Shown here in pieces: positions 38,635 through 48,156 of a DNA stretch of 64,000 nt; position 1 is the first letter of the stretch, and each line of letters opens with the position of its first letter. This DNA is from a virus, in the IMG/VR virus record IMGVR_UViG_3300005842_000001, positions 1 through 64,000 of that record, one strand, 5' to 3'. Both the position numbers and the translations under genes were made by a program. The notes under the pieces are model-generated. The model saw only the letters and a program-made list of their open reading frames with translations, had not been told where the DNA came from and searched no databases.

Positions 38635-38712
38635 GAGAAATCAACGCTGTACCTGTGCTGTAACGAAAAGTTGCAGCACTCAACTTTGGAACTGAATTGA
38701 GGAGAACGGCAC

Positions 38713-39765
38713 ATGGCATACGACATTCCCGATCTGGTAGCGTTGCAGGAAGTCGAGCAAGAAATCCTGCCCGTTCTCACGATGAATGATCCTTTGTTTG
38801 ATCTGTTCCCTATCGACAGCGAAAATGCTTCGATGATCGAATGGGAACAGAAGGACAACTTTGCTGGCCTGATGGCTGTCCGTGGCATCAATGGCAACCC
38901 TGGCCGAGTCCAGAAAGTGGGTTCAAAGACCTACTCAATGGAACCCGGCTACTACGGTGGCTTCACTCCGCTTGACGAGAAGGAACTCACCAAGCGAAGA
39001 TCGCTCGGCACGTTTGATGAGCCGATCAACATTGATGATCTGATCACAGAAGCTCTTGAGCATCTGATGACTCAGCAGATCAACCGACAGCGGAAGATCA
39101 TCGCTGATCTGATCACCACTGGCACGTTCAGCGTCACGAACGAATTGACTGGCTCAATCGATCACACTGACAGCTTCACGCTGCCAGCTTCGACCGCTTC
39201 GATTCCTTGGACGACTGTTGCAACTGCAACTCCTTTGCTCAACATTCGTGCTGCCATTGCTACCCGCATTGGTTACAGCTACGATTTTGGCAAAGAAGCC
39301 ATCATGTTGATGAATCAGAACACCTACAACAATTTCATCAACAACGCCAACAGCGCTGATCTTGCTGGCAAGCGGGCTTCGTATGGTCAGACTTATCAGA
39401 GTGTCGGTAATCTCAACGACTTGCTGGCGGCTGACAACCTGCCTCAGATTCTGGTCTATAACGAATCTTACTTGGCTACCCCAAGCTCAACGCCTACGCT
39501 GTTGATTCCTGATGGTAAGGTTGTGATCTGCGGCAAGCGAAAGACTGGGCGCTCTCTCGGTAACTTCACAGTGACGAGGAACGCCAATCACCCTGACATG
39601 GCGGCTGCACCTTACTTGTGGATCGTTGACCCGTTCCAAGCTGCCTCTGGCAACATCCTTCCTTCGTCTGGGTCGATTCCTCGAACCATCGAAGTTCACC
39701 GGGGCTTCAATGGTGGCGTCAAGTTGCCCTTCCCTGGTGGCATCTATGTCTTGACCGCCTACTAA
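38713..39765 (+). CDS. major capsid protein (lambda gpE-like family)
   Basis: Position, 350-aa size, and LFDLFP..IEWE..LMA.R..W....ATPL..I....IPDGKVV...P pattern. Confidence 0.85.
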   Translation: MAYDIPDLVALQEVEQEILPVLTMNDPLFDLFPIDSENASMIEWEQKDNFAGLMAVRGINGNPGRVQKVGSKTYSMEPGYYGGFTPLDEKELTKRRSLGTFDEPINIDDLITEALEHLMTQQINRQRKIIADLITTGTFSVTNELTGSIDHTDSFTLPASTASIPWTTVATATPLLNIRAAIATRIGYSYDFGKEAIMLMNQNTYNNFINNANSADLAGKRASYGQTYQSVGNLNDLLAADNLPQILVYNESYLATPSSTPTLLIPDGKVVICGKRKTGRSLGNFTVTRNANHPDMAAAPYLWIVDPFQAASGNILPSSGSIPRTIEVHRGFNGGVKLPFPGGIYVLTAY

Positions 39766-39791
39766 TCTGATCACTCTCTAATACACTGTAC

Positions 39792-39829
39792 AGCGGATTG
39801 GTGATCATCATCAATCCGCTTTCTCTTTT
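39792..39829 (+). terminator. Rho-independent terminator after capsid
   Basis: AGCGGATTG...CAATCCGCT plus TTCTCTTTT. Confidence 0.75.
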
Positions 39830-39843
39830 CAAGGAACTGTGTC

Positions 39844-40419
39844 ATGGCTTCAGCAACAGCGCCCGTAGCATCCCAAAAGAAGTTGGTAGCCATTCAGGAT
39901 ATCAATGGGGCCAGAATGATTTTCAAGGATGCTTTATTCTCAATGAATGAGCTTCCGGAAGGATCGAGCGAAGATCACTTGATTGCCAGCGGTGCTGCTC
40001 GTGTCGCCAGCTTAGCAGAGCTTCACGCTGGCCGGGCGAATGTCGCCAATTCTGACATGATCACTGAGCTTGATGGACTGAGAGCGCAGGTAAACGCTCA
40101 GAAAGCGATTATAGCGACTCAGAGCGCCGACCTCGCAAAGATGCGAAGCCTCGGTAATAATGTCTCTCCTGAGCTTCAGGCAGCGAATAAGGCCGATGCC
40201 GAGAGACTTCAGAAGATGATCACAGAACTGCAAAACAAGCTCAACACGAGCGAACAACAGAGATTTACGCTCCAAGCTCAATTCAATGATCAAGAGACTC
40301 GACTCAAGAAGATCAGAGATGAGCATGCGAAAATGCAGGAAGAGAATGGACACCTACAGCAAGCGCTTGACGAGGCGACGAGTGACAAGCCAGCAGAGAC
40401 AAAGACTGGCGGGAAGTAG
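39844..40419 (+). CDS. coiled-coil protein downstream of capsid
   Basis: Long heptad-rich C-terminal region. Confidence 0.65.
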   Translation: MASATAPVASQKKLVAIQDINGARMIFKDALFSMNELPEGSSEDHLIASGAARVASLAELHAGRANVANSDMITELDGLRAQVNAQKAIIATQSADLAKMRSLGNNVSPELQAANKADAERLQKMITELQNKLNTSEQQRFTLQAQFNDQETRLKKIRDEHAKMQEENGHLQQALDEATSDKPAETKTGGK

Positions 40420-40448
40420 GGCGATCAAGTAAACTATCGAAGAACAGC

Positions 40449-40480
40449 AGCCCGGCTGGATCAGCCGGGCTTTCTTTTTT
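40449..40480 (+). terminator. Rho-independent terminator
   Basis: AGCCCGGCTG-GAT-CAGCCGGGCT plus T tract. Confidence 0.85.
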
Positions 40481-40492
40481 ATGGTGATGATC

Positions 40493-40972
40493 ATGGCGAC
40501 TTATGTTGATGACGTTGTTCTAAAAACGCTATGCGCCAACCTGTACAGTAAAGCAACTTCAGCCGATCTTGCTCCTCATCAAGTCGCCCAGGTTCTTGAG
40601 GCGAACTTGCAAGCATACTCTCAGATCAATCAGTTCCTGAATGATCGTGGCTTCACTGATGCCCAAATATCGACTTGGCGTGATGTTGCTCAGTGCAACA
40701 AAGAACTCGGTGCCTATTGCTTCATCTTGCTTGCGAACATCGGCAAGCGATTAGCGCGCAGTCAGCTTGATCACTTGGGGCGATGGGTAAAGGTTCCAGA
40801 GAACTCGCCGGTCAAGCAACCAATGCTGGTAACAATCAGTCTCTATGACAGCGGTGGCAATAGGATCGAGCCAGAGAATAAAAAGGACGCCAAGTATTAC
40901 GGTGAGATTTCATTCGACCCGCCTTCATCAAGTAGCTGTGGATATGTGATGAGTCCCGACAAGGAATGGTAA
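40493..40972 (+). CDS. head-tail adaptor (Mu gp36-like, putative)
   Basis: Position; MATY....L..A.....I..FL..RG pattern. Confidence 0.5.
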   Translation: MATYVDDVVLKTLCANLYSKATSADLAPHQVAQVLEANLQAYSQINQFLNDRGFTDAQISTWRDVAQCNKELGAYCFILLANIGKRLARSQLDHLGRWVKVPENSPVKQPMLVTISLYDSGGNRIEPENKKDAKYYGEISFDPPSSSSCGYVMSPDKEW

Positions 40973-40973
40973 C

Positions 40974-41678
40974 ATGCAAATTGGCGGCACTATCGATCTG
41001 AACAATCTGGTGCCATACTTGAAGAAAGAGCTTGGCGCTGTCTTCACTCTCGACACGACAGCGATCTGGAAGAAAGTGGCAGTCGCCTTAGAGACGGGGG
41101 CGAAGAACTCTTTTAACTCATCGACGAGTCCAGACGGGGCGCCCTGGACGCCATTGAAGCATAGGCGAATCAGGGGCGGTGATAAGCCTCTATTAGATCG
41201 TGGGCTGTTGCGGGCCAGTCTCACGAGCAATGCACCTTTCCACATTGTGCGCGCTATCGGCAACACGCTCGAATGGGGTACTAACCTCATCAGCGCTGCT
41301 GTACATAACTTCGGTGCTGTGCTTCGTCCGAAAACTGGTAAGTGGTTGTGCATTCCAGCCAGTATTGATGCTTTGCAAGTAGGGAGCCCGACGAGGTTCC
41401 CAGACGCCAAGAATCGTCTCAGATGGGCGATGGGTAAAACCAGCGGCATTGTCTATGAAGACTTAAACAAAACGCCGAAGCGCGTCAAAGGATTCAAACG
41501 CAAGAAGCACAAAGCAGATAAGATGATCGGGAAGAACATTATCATCCACTACTATTTGACAAAGCAAGTAACTATTCCTGCTCGTCGTTTCATCGGCATC
41601 AGCGCCCAGACGAATGAAGAAATAAGGCATATCATTCAAGAGGAAGTATTCAAAGCACTCAAGGTGAAGCTCTTGTAG
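40974..41678 (+). CDS. phage virion morphogenesis protein (Mu gpG-like)
   Basis: F....SPDG.PW.PLK...KPLLDRGLLRASL...GTN...AAVHNFG...IPARRFIGIS. Confidence 0.85.
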   Translation: MQIGGTIDLNNLVPYLKKELGAVFTLDTTAIWKKVAVALETGAKNSFNSSTSPDGAPWTPLKHRRIRGGDKPLLDRGLLRASLTSNAPFHIVRAIGNTLEWGTNLISAAVHNFGAVLRPKTGKWLCIPASIDALQVGSPTRFPDAKNRLRWAMGKTSGIVYEDLNKTPKRVKGFKRKKHKADKMIGKNIIIHYYLTKQVTIPARRFIGISAQTNEEIRHIIQEEVFKALKVKLL

Positions 41679-41699
41679 AGTTTTCTGGGAGTATGATCG

Positions 41700-42464
41700 A
41701 TGCCAGCAACGCCTACCTTGACTGTGACGAATAACAGCGACGGAACTGCCACGTTTGAAATAGCTGACAGTTCTGGCGGTAGCAGCAATGCAATCTATTG
41801 GTCAAGAATCGAGCTTCCTGAAGCGGGCTGGACGCTGGTAACAACGATTACTGGCGATGGCTTGGCAACTGTTGCAGTGCAAGCAGGTCTCAAGTGGTTC
41901 TACTGTGCATCGACACTGACAGGCAGCGTGGCGGCTTGCCCGCCTGTTCCTGCTGTGATCACAACAAATGTTCTGGCGGTGTACGAACGCTTGTTGCAAG
42001 CAGTCGGCACGACGATTCAAGGCGCTGTGGTTGCCGGTAGCATCGACCTCATCGATTCTGCTGATCGAGTGCAACGCATGGATTATATTGCTGACCCAAC
42101 GAGGTTTGACACTGCTGATCTGAAGTGTGATCTTCCTTGCATCATCTATGGCCCTGGACTCATGGAAAACTTTGTGGTCGGTACGAGCTTGAGCGCTAGC
42201 GATGACTTCGATTATCCGATTCTGGTTTCAATCATTGATCGCAAAGAAGCGCGATACATGGCTAACAATCCGGTCTACCTGCAAGGGCGTGAAGTGGTTC
42301 GACAGTTGTTCAATCAGCGCAGAGTGTCAGGCGTTTTTGAGAGCAAGACGAGCCAAGTTCAGTTTGAAATTGCACTTGATCACTCGAAAGAGGAAGAGAA
42401 CTGGCATCAGTTCGCATCGGCTCTTCGCCTCATTTGCTCTACCAGAGAGTTGCGTTGGTCATAA
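41700..42464 (+). CDS. tail completion / terminator-like protein (putative)
   Basis: Position before the tail tube; LPCII motif; C-terminal ..RE.R. Confidence 0.5.
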   Translation: MPATPTLTVTNNSDGTATFEIADSSGGSSNAIYWSRIELPEAGWTLVTTITGDGLATVAVQAGLKWFYCASTLTGSVAACPPVPAVITTNVLAVYERLLQAVGTTIQGAVVAGSIDLIDSADRVQRMDYIADPTRFDTADLKCDLPCIIYGPGLMENFVVGTSLSASDDFDYPILVSIIDRKEARYMANNPVYLQGREVVRQLFNQRRVSGVFESKTSQVQFEIALDHSKEEENWHQFASALRLICSTRELRWS

Positions 42465-42506
42465 ACTAGATTTCAAGTCACGATCTGCCAAGCTGGGGGA
42501 TGATCC

Positions 42507-43382
42507 ATGTCAGCTAACATTACCACATATCGTAAAGTAGCATTCGGCACAGCCAACCCCCCGGTGAATGCGCTCGAATGGTTTGGCGATCTGAACTTTG
42601 GTAAGCGTGGCACTGTGATTGTGCTAGAAGGCGTTCGTGGCACAAGAAGCCGAATTGTCGAGCGTACCCGTGATGGTCTCTATACTGTCGGCGGTGTGCT
42701 TCAGCTTCAGCCTTGCTATCTCGATCTTGATACGATTCTTCCGCTGATCGCTGGCGGCACGAAAAGCACGAACAACATTCCATTCACTGAGTTGCTACCC
42801 ACGTTCTATGTCGGCATCGACAAGGGCGCTGCTCATTATCTTTACAGCGGCTGCAAAACTTCTGTAGCTGTGTTCTCTGGCTCGACTGGCAATCCACTAT
42901 CGCTGCAATGGGGTATCGAAGGGCTGACCGAGACGCCCGGCACGATCAGCGGTTTAACTGCATTGACGCCAAGCGTTGTTACGCCGTATATGTTCCATGA
43001 CGCTGTGCTGACCATCGCCAGCACTTCTTATGAGTTCAGGGAATGCCAAGTCTCTATCGATCATCACTTGATCCTTGATCGATTCATGAACAGCCAGAGC
43101 AGGACTGAGCTACCTGAAACTGATCGCACAGTGACAGTTGCTTTGTCGCTGCCTTACAATTCGACGACTCTTGCTCTGTATGACACCGGCGTGTCTAGCG
43201 CTGCTGTGGTGCTCACCTGGACGAATGGATCGCTATTCTTCAAGATCACTCTCCCTGCTGTTCAATTCCCTGCTCAACCGCCTCAGATGCCAGCACGAGG
43301 CGAAGCAATGCTTCCTCTCGTTGGCGTGGCCCGCAAGACTGGCTCAACTCTGGAAATCACCTTCGATAACAAGAGCAGCTAA
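42507..43382 (+). CDS. tail tube (major tail) protein
   Basis: G.R...R.G...V.G, LP.F..G.DKG..Y.YSGCK, F.....I.H.L pattern; precedes the chaperone and tape measure. Confidence 0.7.
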   Translation: MSANITTYRKVAFGTANPPVNALEWFGDLNFGKRGTVIVLEGVRGTRSRIVERTRDGLYTVGGVLQLQPCYLDLDTILPLIAGGTKSTNNIPFTELLPTFYVGIDKGAAHYLYSGCKTSVAVFSGSTGNPLSLQWGIEGLTETPGTISGLTALTPSVVTPYMFHDAVLTIASTSYEFRECQVSIDHHLILDRFMNSQSRTELPETDRTVTVALSLPYNSTTLALYDTGVSSAAVVLTWTNGSLFFKITLPAVQFPAQPPQMPARGEAMLPLVGVARKTGSTLEITFDNKSS

Positions 43383-43509
43383 TGACATACCTGATGTACA
43401 TCATGGCAATCGCAATGCTCTTGCTTTTCACCATCAAGCCTAGACCCAAGTTAAGTTTCATTGAATTGGCAATGCTGACAGTGGGATATGCCTTGCTTTC
43501 TTTCATGGT

Positions 43510-43896
43510 ATGGCAATGAAACCTCCCTTGTTGATGCGGGCAAAAGCGGGAATGTCGAGATTCATTCCCGCCCAGAGTCCCGCTGAAAGGCATCGTCAAC
43601 GTCTCTCTTGGGCGCTCAAGTGTCAAGAAGAGATGCAATCATTCTGTAATCGATACGGCATCACCTTCACGCTCATTGATCATGAGCGTTTTGTATTTGT
43701 CAAGCGATCACGCCGCATCGACTGGTGGCCTCAAATAGCTCACCTGATGCTTGACGAAAAGTGGACGGATGTTGTTCAGGTGCATGATTGGGATCAGTGC
43801 AAATATATACTCAATCAGTACCTCGTGAAAAAAGTGAAGGGGAATAATCGTAAGTGGTTCATCACAAAGAGAGCCAATATAAAGTCAGACAGCTAG
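43510..43896 (+). CDS. hypothetical protein (paralog of 4538..4900) inserted in the tail module
   Basis: FC..YGI.F...IDWWPQIAHL.LD..W....VHD..Q matches the 4538 protein. Confidence 0.55.
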   Translation: MAMKPPLLMRAKAGMSRFIPAQSPAERHRQRLSWALKCQEEMQSFCNRYGITFTLIDHERFVFVKRSRRIDWWPQIAHLMLDEKWTDVVQVHDWDQCKYILNQYLVKKVKGNNRKWFITKRANIKSDS

Positions 43897-44112
43897 GCGA
43901 TCACCACACTTTCCATAAGCAAAGGACAACGATCATGGACAACACTCTTGCCACTGCTGAACACGTTGAAATCAATGCAGCAACGCTGATGAGACGTGGA
44001 ACAGAATTAGGCATCTCATCGTCTTCGATGGAGTTGTGCCACAAGACGGAAGGAATCGACGCCCTTTCCAAGATGATCGAACAAAAGGCGTCACAGAAAA
44101 AGGATGAAGAAC

Positions 44113-44502
44113 ATGAGCGCAGAACAGACAGCACAGCAGAGCCAATCACAGAAGACAGCACCTCTTGATGAGATGCCTGAGTTCATTGATGATGGGTGGA
44201 ATGCAGATGCTACTATTGATCCAGTTCCCAACCTTCATCGTGGAATGAAGTTCAAGTATCGCCCTCTCGGCTTTTTCAAACGTCGTCAAGAGTCTCGTGA
44301 CTACGAAAAAATCACCGATGAAGACGCCAGAGACATGAAACGCGCTGAGCAGATGAAGACTCGACTCATTAGCTGGTCTTACAATGCTCCGATCACGATT
44401 GAAAACATTCTCAACTTGCCGCCTGTCGTGTTCGTGAGATTGGAAGCGATCATGAACGGTATGCAGCCCGGCGATAGCGTGGTGATCGAAAGAAAAAACT
44501 GA
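44113..44502 (+). CDS. tail assembly chaperone (gpG-like)
   Basis: Between tube and tape measure; ends in slippery A AAA AAC TGA. Confidence 0.75.
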   Translation: MSAEQTAQQSQSQKTAPLDEMPEFIDDGWNADATIDPVPNLHRGMKFKYRPLGFFKRRQESRDYEKITDEDARDMKRAEQMKTRLISWSYNAPITIENILNLPPVVFVRLEAIMNGMQPGDSVVIERKN

Positions 44503-44906
44503 GAAGAGCCTTGTATGTATCTCTCGTACACTCGTACCTGCCGACATGCGAGGAATGCAAGGCTTATATCTACAACATCAAAACAGGGGAGCCTTTAGTT
44601 CGTGGTGGTCAAAAGTGCAAGCGATCATTCGGAGTAAAGACCCCCTGCCATGAATGCCCGAAGTTAAGCAGGTCAGATCAGTTGACAGATCCACGCCCAG
44701 AGAGGGCAGTAGAGCCAACTGATCGAGTGAAGCAGAGCTATTACTACTATCGCCATTGCGAAGTTGACAAGCATAACATGATGCCTGTCGATAGTCTTGT
44801 CCTCGAAACGAACGCAATCTGTAGAATGGCGGAGGAAGATGCTCGTGCTGCCCAGGCACCGCCGATCATCTTGGCGGCTTCAATGTCTAACTCAGGCGGC
44901 GAATAA
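44493..44906 (+). CDS. tail assembly chaperone -1 frameshift extension (gpGT-like)
   Basis: -1 slip at 44493-44499 enters the frame of ORF 44511..44906 with no intervening stop. Confidence 0.75.
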   Translation, partial: KKLRRALYVSLVHSYLPTCEECKAYIYNIKTGEPLVRGGQKCKRSFGVKTPCHECPKLSRSDQLTDPRPERAVEPTDRVKQSYYYYRHCEVDKHNMMPVDSLVLETNAICRMAEEDARAAQAPPIILAASMSNSGGE

Positions 44907-46867
44907 TGTTTCCATCAGGCGGGCAGGAAGTCACTGTCAAGGTCAACCTGAAACTTGATCAGGACTCCTTGTCTGCGCTGAACCCTATTGGTAGTGCTGC
45001 AAAGAATCAGCAGCAAACAATCCGACAAGCAACTGGCGGCAACTCAATGACCGCCGCCATGTCTGCTTATTCAGCAGTGAGCTACCCCAAGCATGGTAGC
45101 TTCAATATGCCTGCGCTGTCGAGCCAAGGCGACTACGAAAATACTCCCTATAGTCTCTCGCCTCATATCGTTGCTCAGAAGAAACAGAGAGCGTGGGACA
45201 ACTACGCCATGAACATTGCTGGCGGGACTGGCAATGCAGCAAGTCTGGGCTGGGGTGGGCTGTCAGAAGAAAGCGCGTTGAACCCTTCAAAGAATCGTGG
45301 TGGTGCAACGATAGCAGAAATCAATGGAACAAAAGAGCATCTGAAAAGTTTTGGTAAAGATGTAACGAAAGCAGCCGCCAGCCTCACTTACTTAACGTCT
45401 CAATCGCATGGCTTCGCCGCTGCCATGCAAAGAGCAATCAGCGTGTTGGCGACAGTTCAAACGATTTCCAGCAGTGCCAGCGCTCTTGGATCGCTTGGCA
45501 GTGCTTTGTCGAGTGGTGGGGTAAGGGGCTTGATCGGTGCTGCTGGCGGCGCTGGTAGCATGCTCACTGCTGGTGCTACGCTTGGCGTTGGGCTTGCTGG
45601 CTATGGTCTCTATCACGGTACTGAAAGCGGCGACAGCTATTTTGGTAGTCTGCGGCGAACCTATGCAGACATTTTTGGTGGCGGTCGTGTCAATAGTCGG
45701 GGGATGTGGATCAGCCAAGATCGACAGCAAGGGAACACGAACTATCGTTTCTCTGAGAGCATGCGTAGGACTGCCATGCAAGCTCCTGGCCAGTCGATTC
45801 AAGCCGAAGCGATGGAAGGCCGGTTCTACAACCAACAGAGCTTTGATCGATCACAGAATCCCTACGGCGGTTTTATCGGCTACTCATCGAACCCATTCAG
45901 CAGAGCGTATCAGGGCAACCTTGCTGGCATTTCAGGCATCATCGGGCAGGGCATGTCTGGCGCTGCTCTCAATCCGTTGCAAGCAGAGTTCCAGCAGTTG
46001 GGTCTACAGCAGCAAGTAGAACAGCAGAGCTACGCTTTTGGCAACAAGGCTGCTGGACTCAATAGAGACTTGAAGTCCAACAGCAGACTGAAAGCGCAAG
46101 TCAACGCTGAAATAGATCAGACGAAAGAAGCCTATGCCGCATTCAGCAATGCACGTCAGGGCGGCGACAAAAACCGTGTCACTGATCAGATGGTTGAACA
46201 GGCAGGGAGGTATGTGGCTGCTCTCGAAAAGATGAAGCAACTAGAGGAAGATCGTGTAGGCATTGAGTCGAAAATTGCTGAACTGAATCGAAGCCAGATA
46301 CAAGACGCTATCGAGTTGGTGAAGATCAGGCGTGATCAAGTCAATGCTCAACTTGCTGGCGAGAAAGGTCAGTATCAGAGTGGCGTAGAAAACTATGGCA
46401 TGATGGACGTGGGCCAGCGTTCGCTATTGGCGATGGTGGGCAGAAAGTACAAGCAAGGCGGCTTTGACAGCTTGACGCCTGAAGAGTCTCGTATGCTACT
46501 TCAGACGCCGCTTGCTGAAGACGTGAAGAAAGATTCACGAGAGAAGTTCGGCAAAGAATATGAGGACATTTTCTACAAAGGATCAGCACAGGAAAAAAGA
46601 ATCAATGCTCTACAAGGCGAGCAAGGCCAGTTGGGTCAGATACAAGTTCAGCTTCAAACAAAACTCGACGCCCGCATTGAAGCGGACGCCGATGAATTGT
46701 CAGGTAAAATTGTCGAGCGACTAGCGCCATGGATCAGAAAGATTGAATGGGCCATCACTGCTGTCGAAGGTCTGAAGCAACAGCGTCAAGATGACGCCAA
46801 CCGCAAGATCGGTCAAGATGCTCAGAACAACAACAACGCTAGAGCCGCTGGGGGTGGAGGCTGGTAG
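44906..46867 (+). CDS. tape measure protein (short)
   Basis: Follows the chaperones; A/G/S-rich hydrophobic stretch plus coiled-coil; 653 aa. Confidence 0.75.
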   Translation: MFPSGGQEVTVKVNLKLDQDSLSALNPIGSAAKNQQQTIRQATGGNSMTAAMSAYSAVSYPKHGSFNMPALSSQGDYENTPYSLSPHIVAQKKQRAWDNYAMNIAGGTGNAASLGWGGLSEESALNPSKNRGGATIAEINGTKEHLKSFGKDVTKAAASLTYLTSQSHGFAAAMQRAISVLATVQTISSSASALGSLGSALSSGGVRGLIGAAGGAGSMLTAGATLGVGLAGYGLYHGTESGDSYFGSLRRTYADIFGGGRVNSRGMWISQDRQQGNTNYRFSESMRRTAMQAPGQSIQAEAMEGRFYNQQSFDRSQNPYGGFIGYSSNPFSRAYQGNLAGISGIIGQGMSGAALNPLQAEFQQLGLQQQVEQQSYAFGNKAAGLNRDLKSNSRLKAQVNAEIDQTKEAYAAFSNARQGGDKNRVTDQMVEQAGRYVAALEKMKQLEEDRVGIESKIAELNRSQIQDAIELVKIRRDQVNAQLAGEKGQYQSGVENYGMMDVGQRSLLAMVGRKYKQGGFDSLTPEESRMLLQTPLAEDVKKDSREKFGKEYEDIFYKGSAQEKRINALQGEQGQLGQIQVQLQTKLDARIEADADELSGKIVERLAPWIRKIEWAITAVEGLKQQRQDDANRKIGQDAQNNNNARAAGGGGW

Positions 46868-47336
46868 AGCCACTGAAGCAAGCGTAGCCGATGCTGTAAA
46901 GAGTGTCGGCATATTTCATCGCTGCCTCATTCAGCTTGCGCCCACTCTGGCTTGGCGGCTTCGATTCTTTGTTGCAGAGTGCATCCTCATATCCTTGGCG
47001 AAGGAAAGAGAAGTAGCTGACGCCTGAAGTGAGCTTGAGCCAGAACTCATCAGCGATCCACTCGTGGTTGTCGCTGAGCTTCAGCGTCTTGCACCACAAG
47101 AGCATCAACAGACCTTGGACGGTAACTTCGCCCTTGTCAGTGGGGGCAGTCATTGGAGAAGCCATCATAGACCATGATCGACCGTTGCCGGTTCCAATTG
47201 CAACATCTGCATAGAGCAGTTCACAATTAGGGTAACGATCAGGAGTTTGGGTAAAGAAAATGCGATTGATCATGTTGATGTTCCTTTGTTTGAGAAGCCC
47301 CCTTGTGTAAGACACTGGCGAGTCATATTGGCTCAC
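46839..47336 (-). CDS. counter-oriented hypothetical protein (moron-like)
   Basis: Fills the gap between tape measure and next tail gene; preceded on the minus strand by GCGCATATATATTTATA. Confidence 0.55.
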   Translation of the reverse strand: MSQYDSPVSYTRGLLKQRNINMINRIFFTQTPDRYPNCELLYADVAIGTGNGRSWSMMASPMTAPTDKGEVTVQGLLMLLWCKTLKLSDNHEWIADEFWLKLTSGVSYFSFLRQGYEDALCNKESKPPSQSGRKLNEAAMKYADTLYSIGYACFSGSTSLHPQRL

Positions 47337-47420
47337 CTATCTATAAATATATATGCGCTGATGCCAATAGTAAAATAAAGCTACGTGGAAACTTGGGTGA
47401 ATCTTTGTAAAATTGCGGTC

Positions 47421-48155
47421 ATGCAACTGTTCCTGTCAAACGGGTACGCGCACCAACCCAATGAAGTCAAGGTGCTGTCGATGCAACGCCGGGAAGAAAA
47501 AAACCCCGGCGATCAGCGGACAGCTACTATTGAAACAATGGAGTTGGAAGGCTACCTATTTGCAGTTGATCAGCCTTCTTTGACACTTGGACTGTTGCGA
47601 CTGAAAGCAGCGTACAGCCTCAATGGGTTCGAGGCAGTCTTCCTCGACAATTCAGGGAACAATTCAGCTTATCATCTTGGCGGGCCGACGAGTCGGGGAG
47701 GTTGTGACGTGATCGCCGGGCCTACTCTCATTGCTCAGTATGGCTCTGACTACACGAACTACCACACCTATCGAATCACTCTTGAGGCTGCATACGATTC
47801 TATCTTTGCCGACATTTGGGACTTTCATGAAACGCTGTCATGGACTGGCGACGGGAGCCCTGAAGTTATCTGGATGCCGAATCTCAACATGAAGCCACAG
47901 AAGCAAATAACGTGGGACTCTACCACGTTTCAATGCGTTCAAAAAGGTGTTGTGGTCGGCATGTTTCGTTATGTCAATCCTCCCCCGCCGATCTTTCCTC
48001 AGTACCTCAAGGGTCGAATGACTCAGCAAGAAGAGGATGCTCCAAGGCGCTATGGGCCTCTAGGTCGTCCGTATTATCGTGAGTTCGCTCTCAGGTATTC
48101 TTACACTTTTGAATCAGATGTACCGTTGCTAGGTCATCCTAACAGGTGGGTCTAA
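47421..48155 (+). CDS. tail tip protein (distal tail-like, putative)
   Basis: First + strand gene after the tape measure; ..Y.YTFES C-terminus. Confidence 0.55.
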   Translation: MQLFLSNGYAHQPNEVKVLSMQRREEKNPGDQRTATIETMELEGYLFAVDQPSLTLGLLRLKAAYSLNGFEAVFLDNSGNNSAYHLGGPTSRGGCDVIAGPTLIAQYGSDYTNYHTYRITLEAAYDSIFADIWDFHETLSWTGDGSPEVIWMPNLNMKPQKQITWDSTTFQCVQKGVVVGMFRYVNPPPPIFPQYLKGRMTQQEEDAPRRYGPLGRPYYREFALRYSYTFESDVPLLGHPNRWV

Positions 48156-48156
48156 T

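Noticed and set aside
40928-41449. Long minus-strand ORFs in the structural region (e.g. 40928-41449, 48994-49530, 38421-38897)
   Set aside because: Shadow ORFs of confident + strand genes with no protein motif or RBS, unlike the intein-nested ORF.
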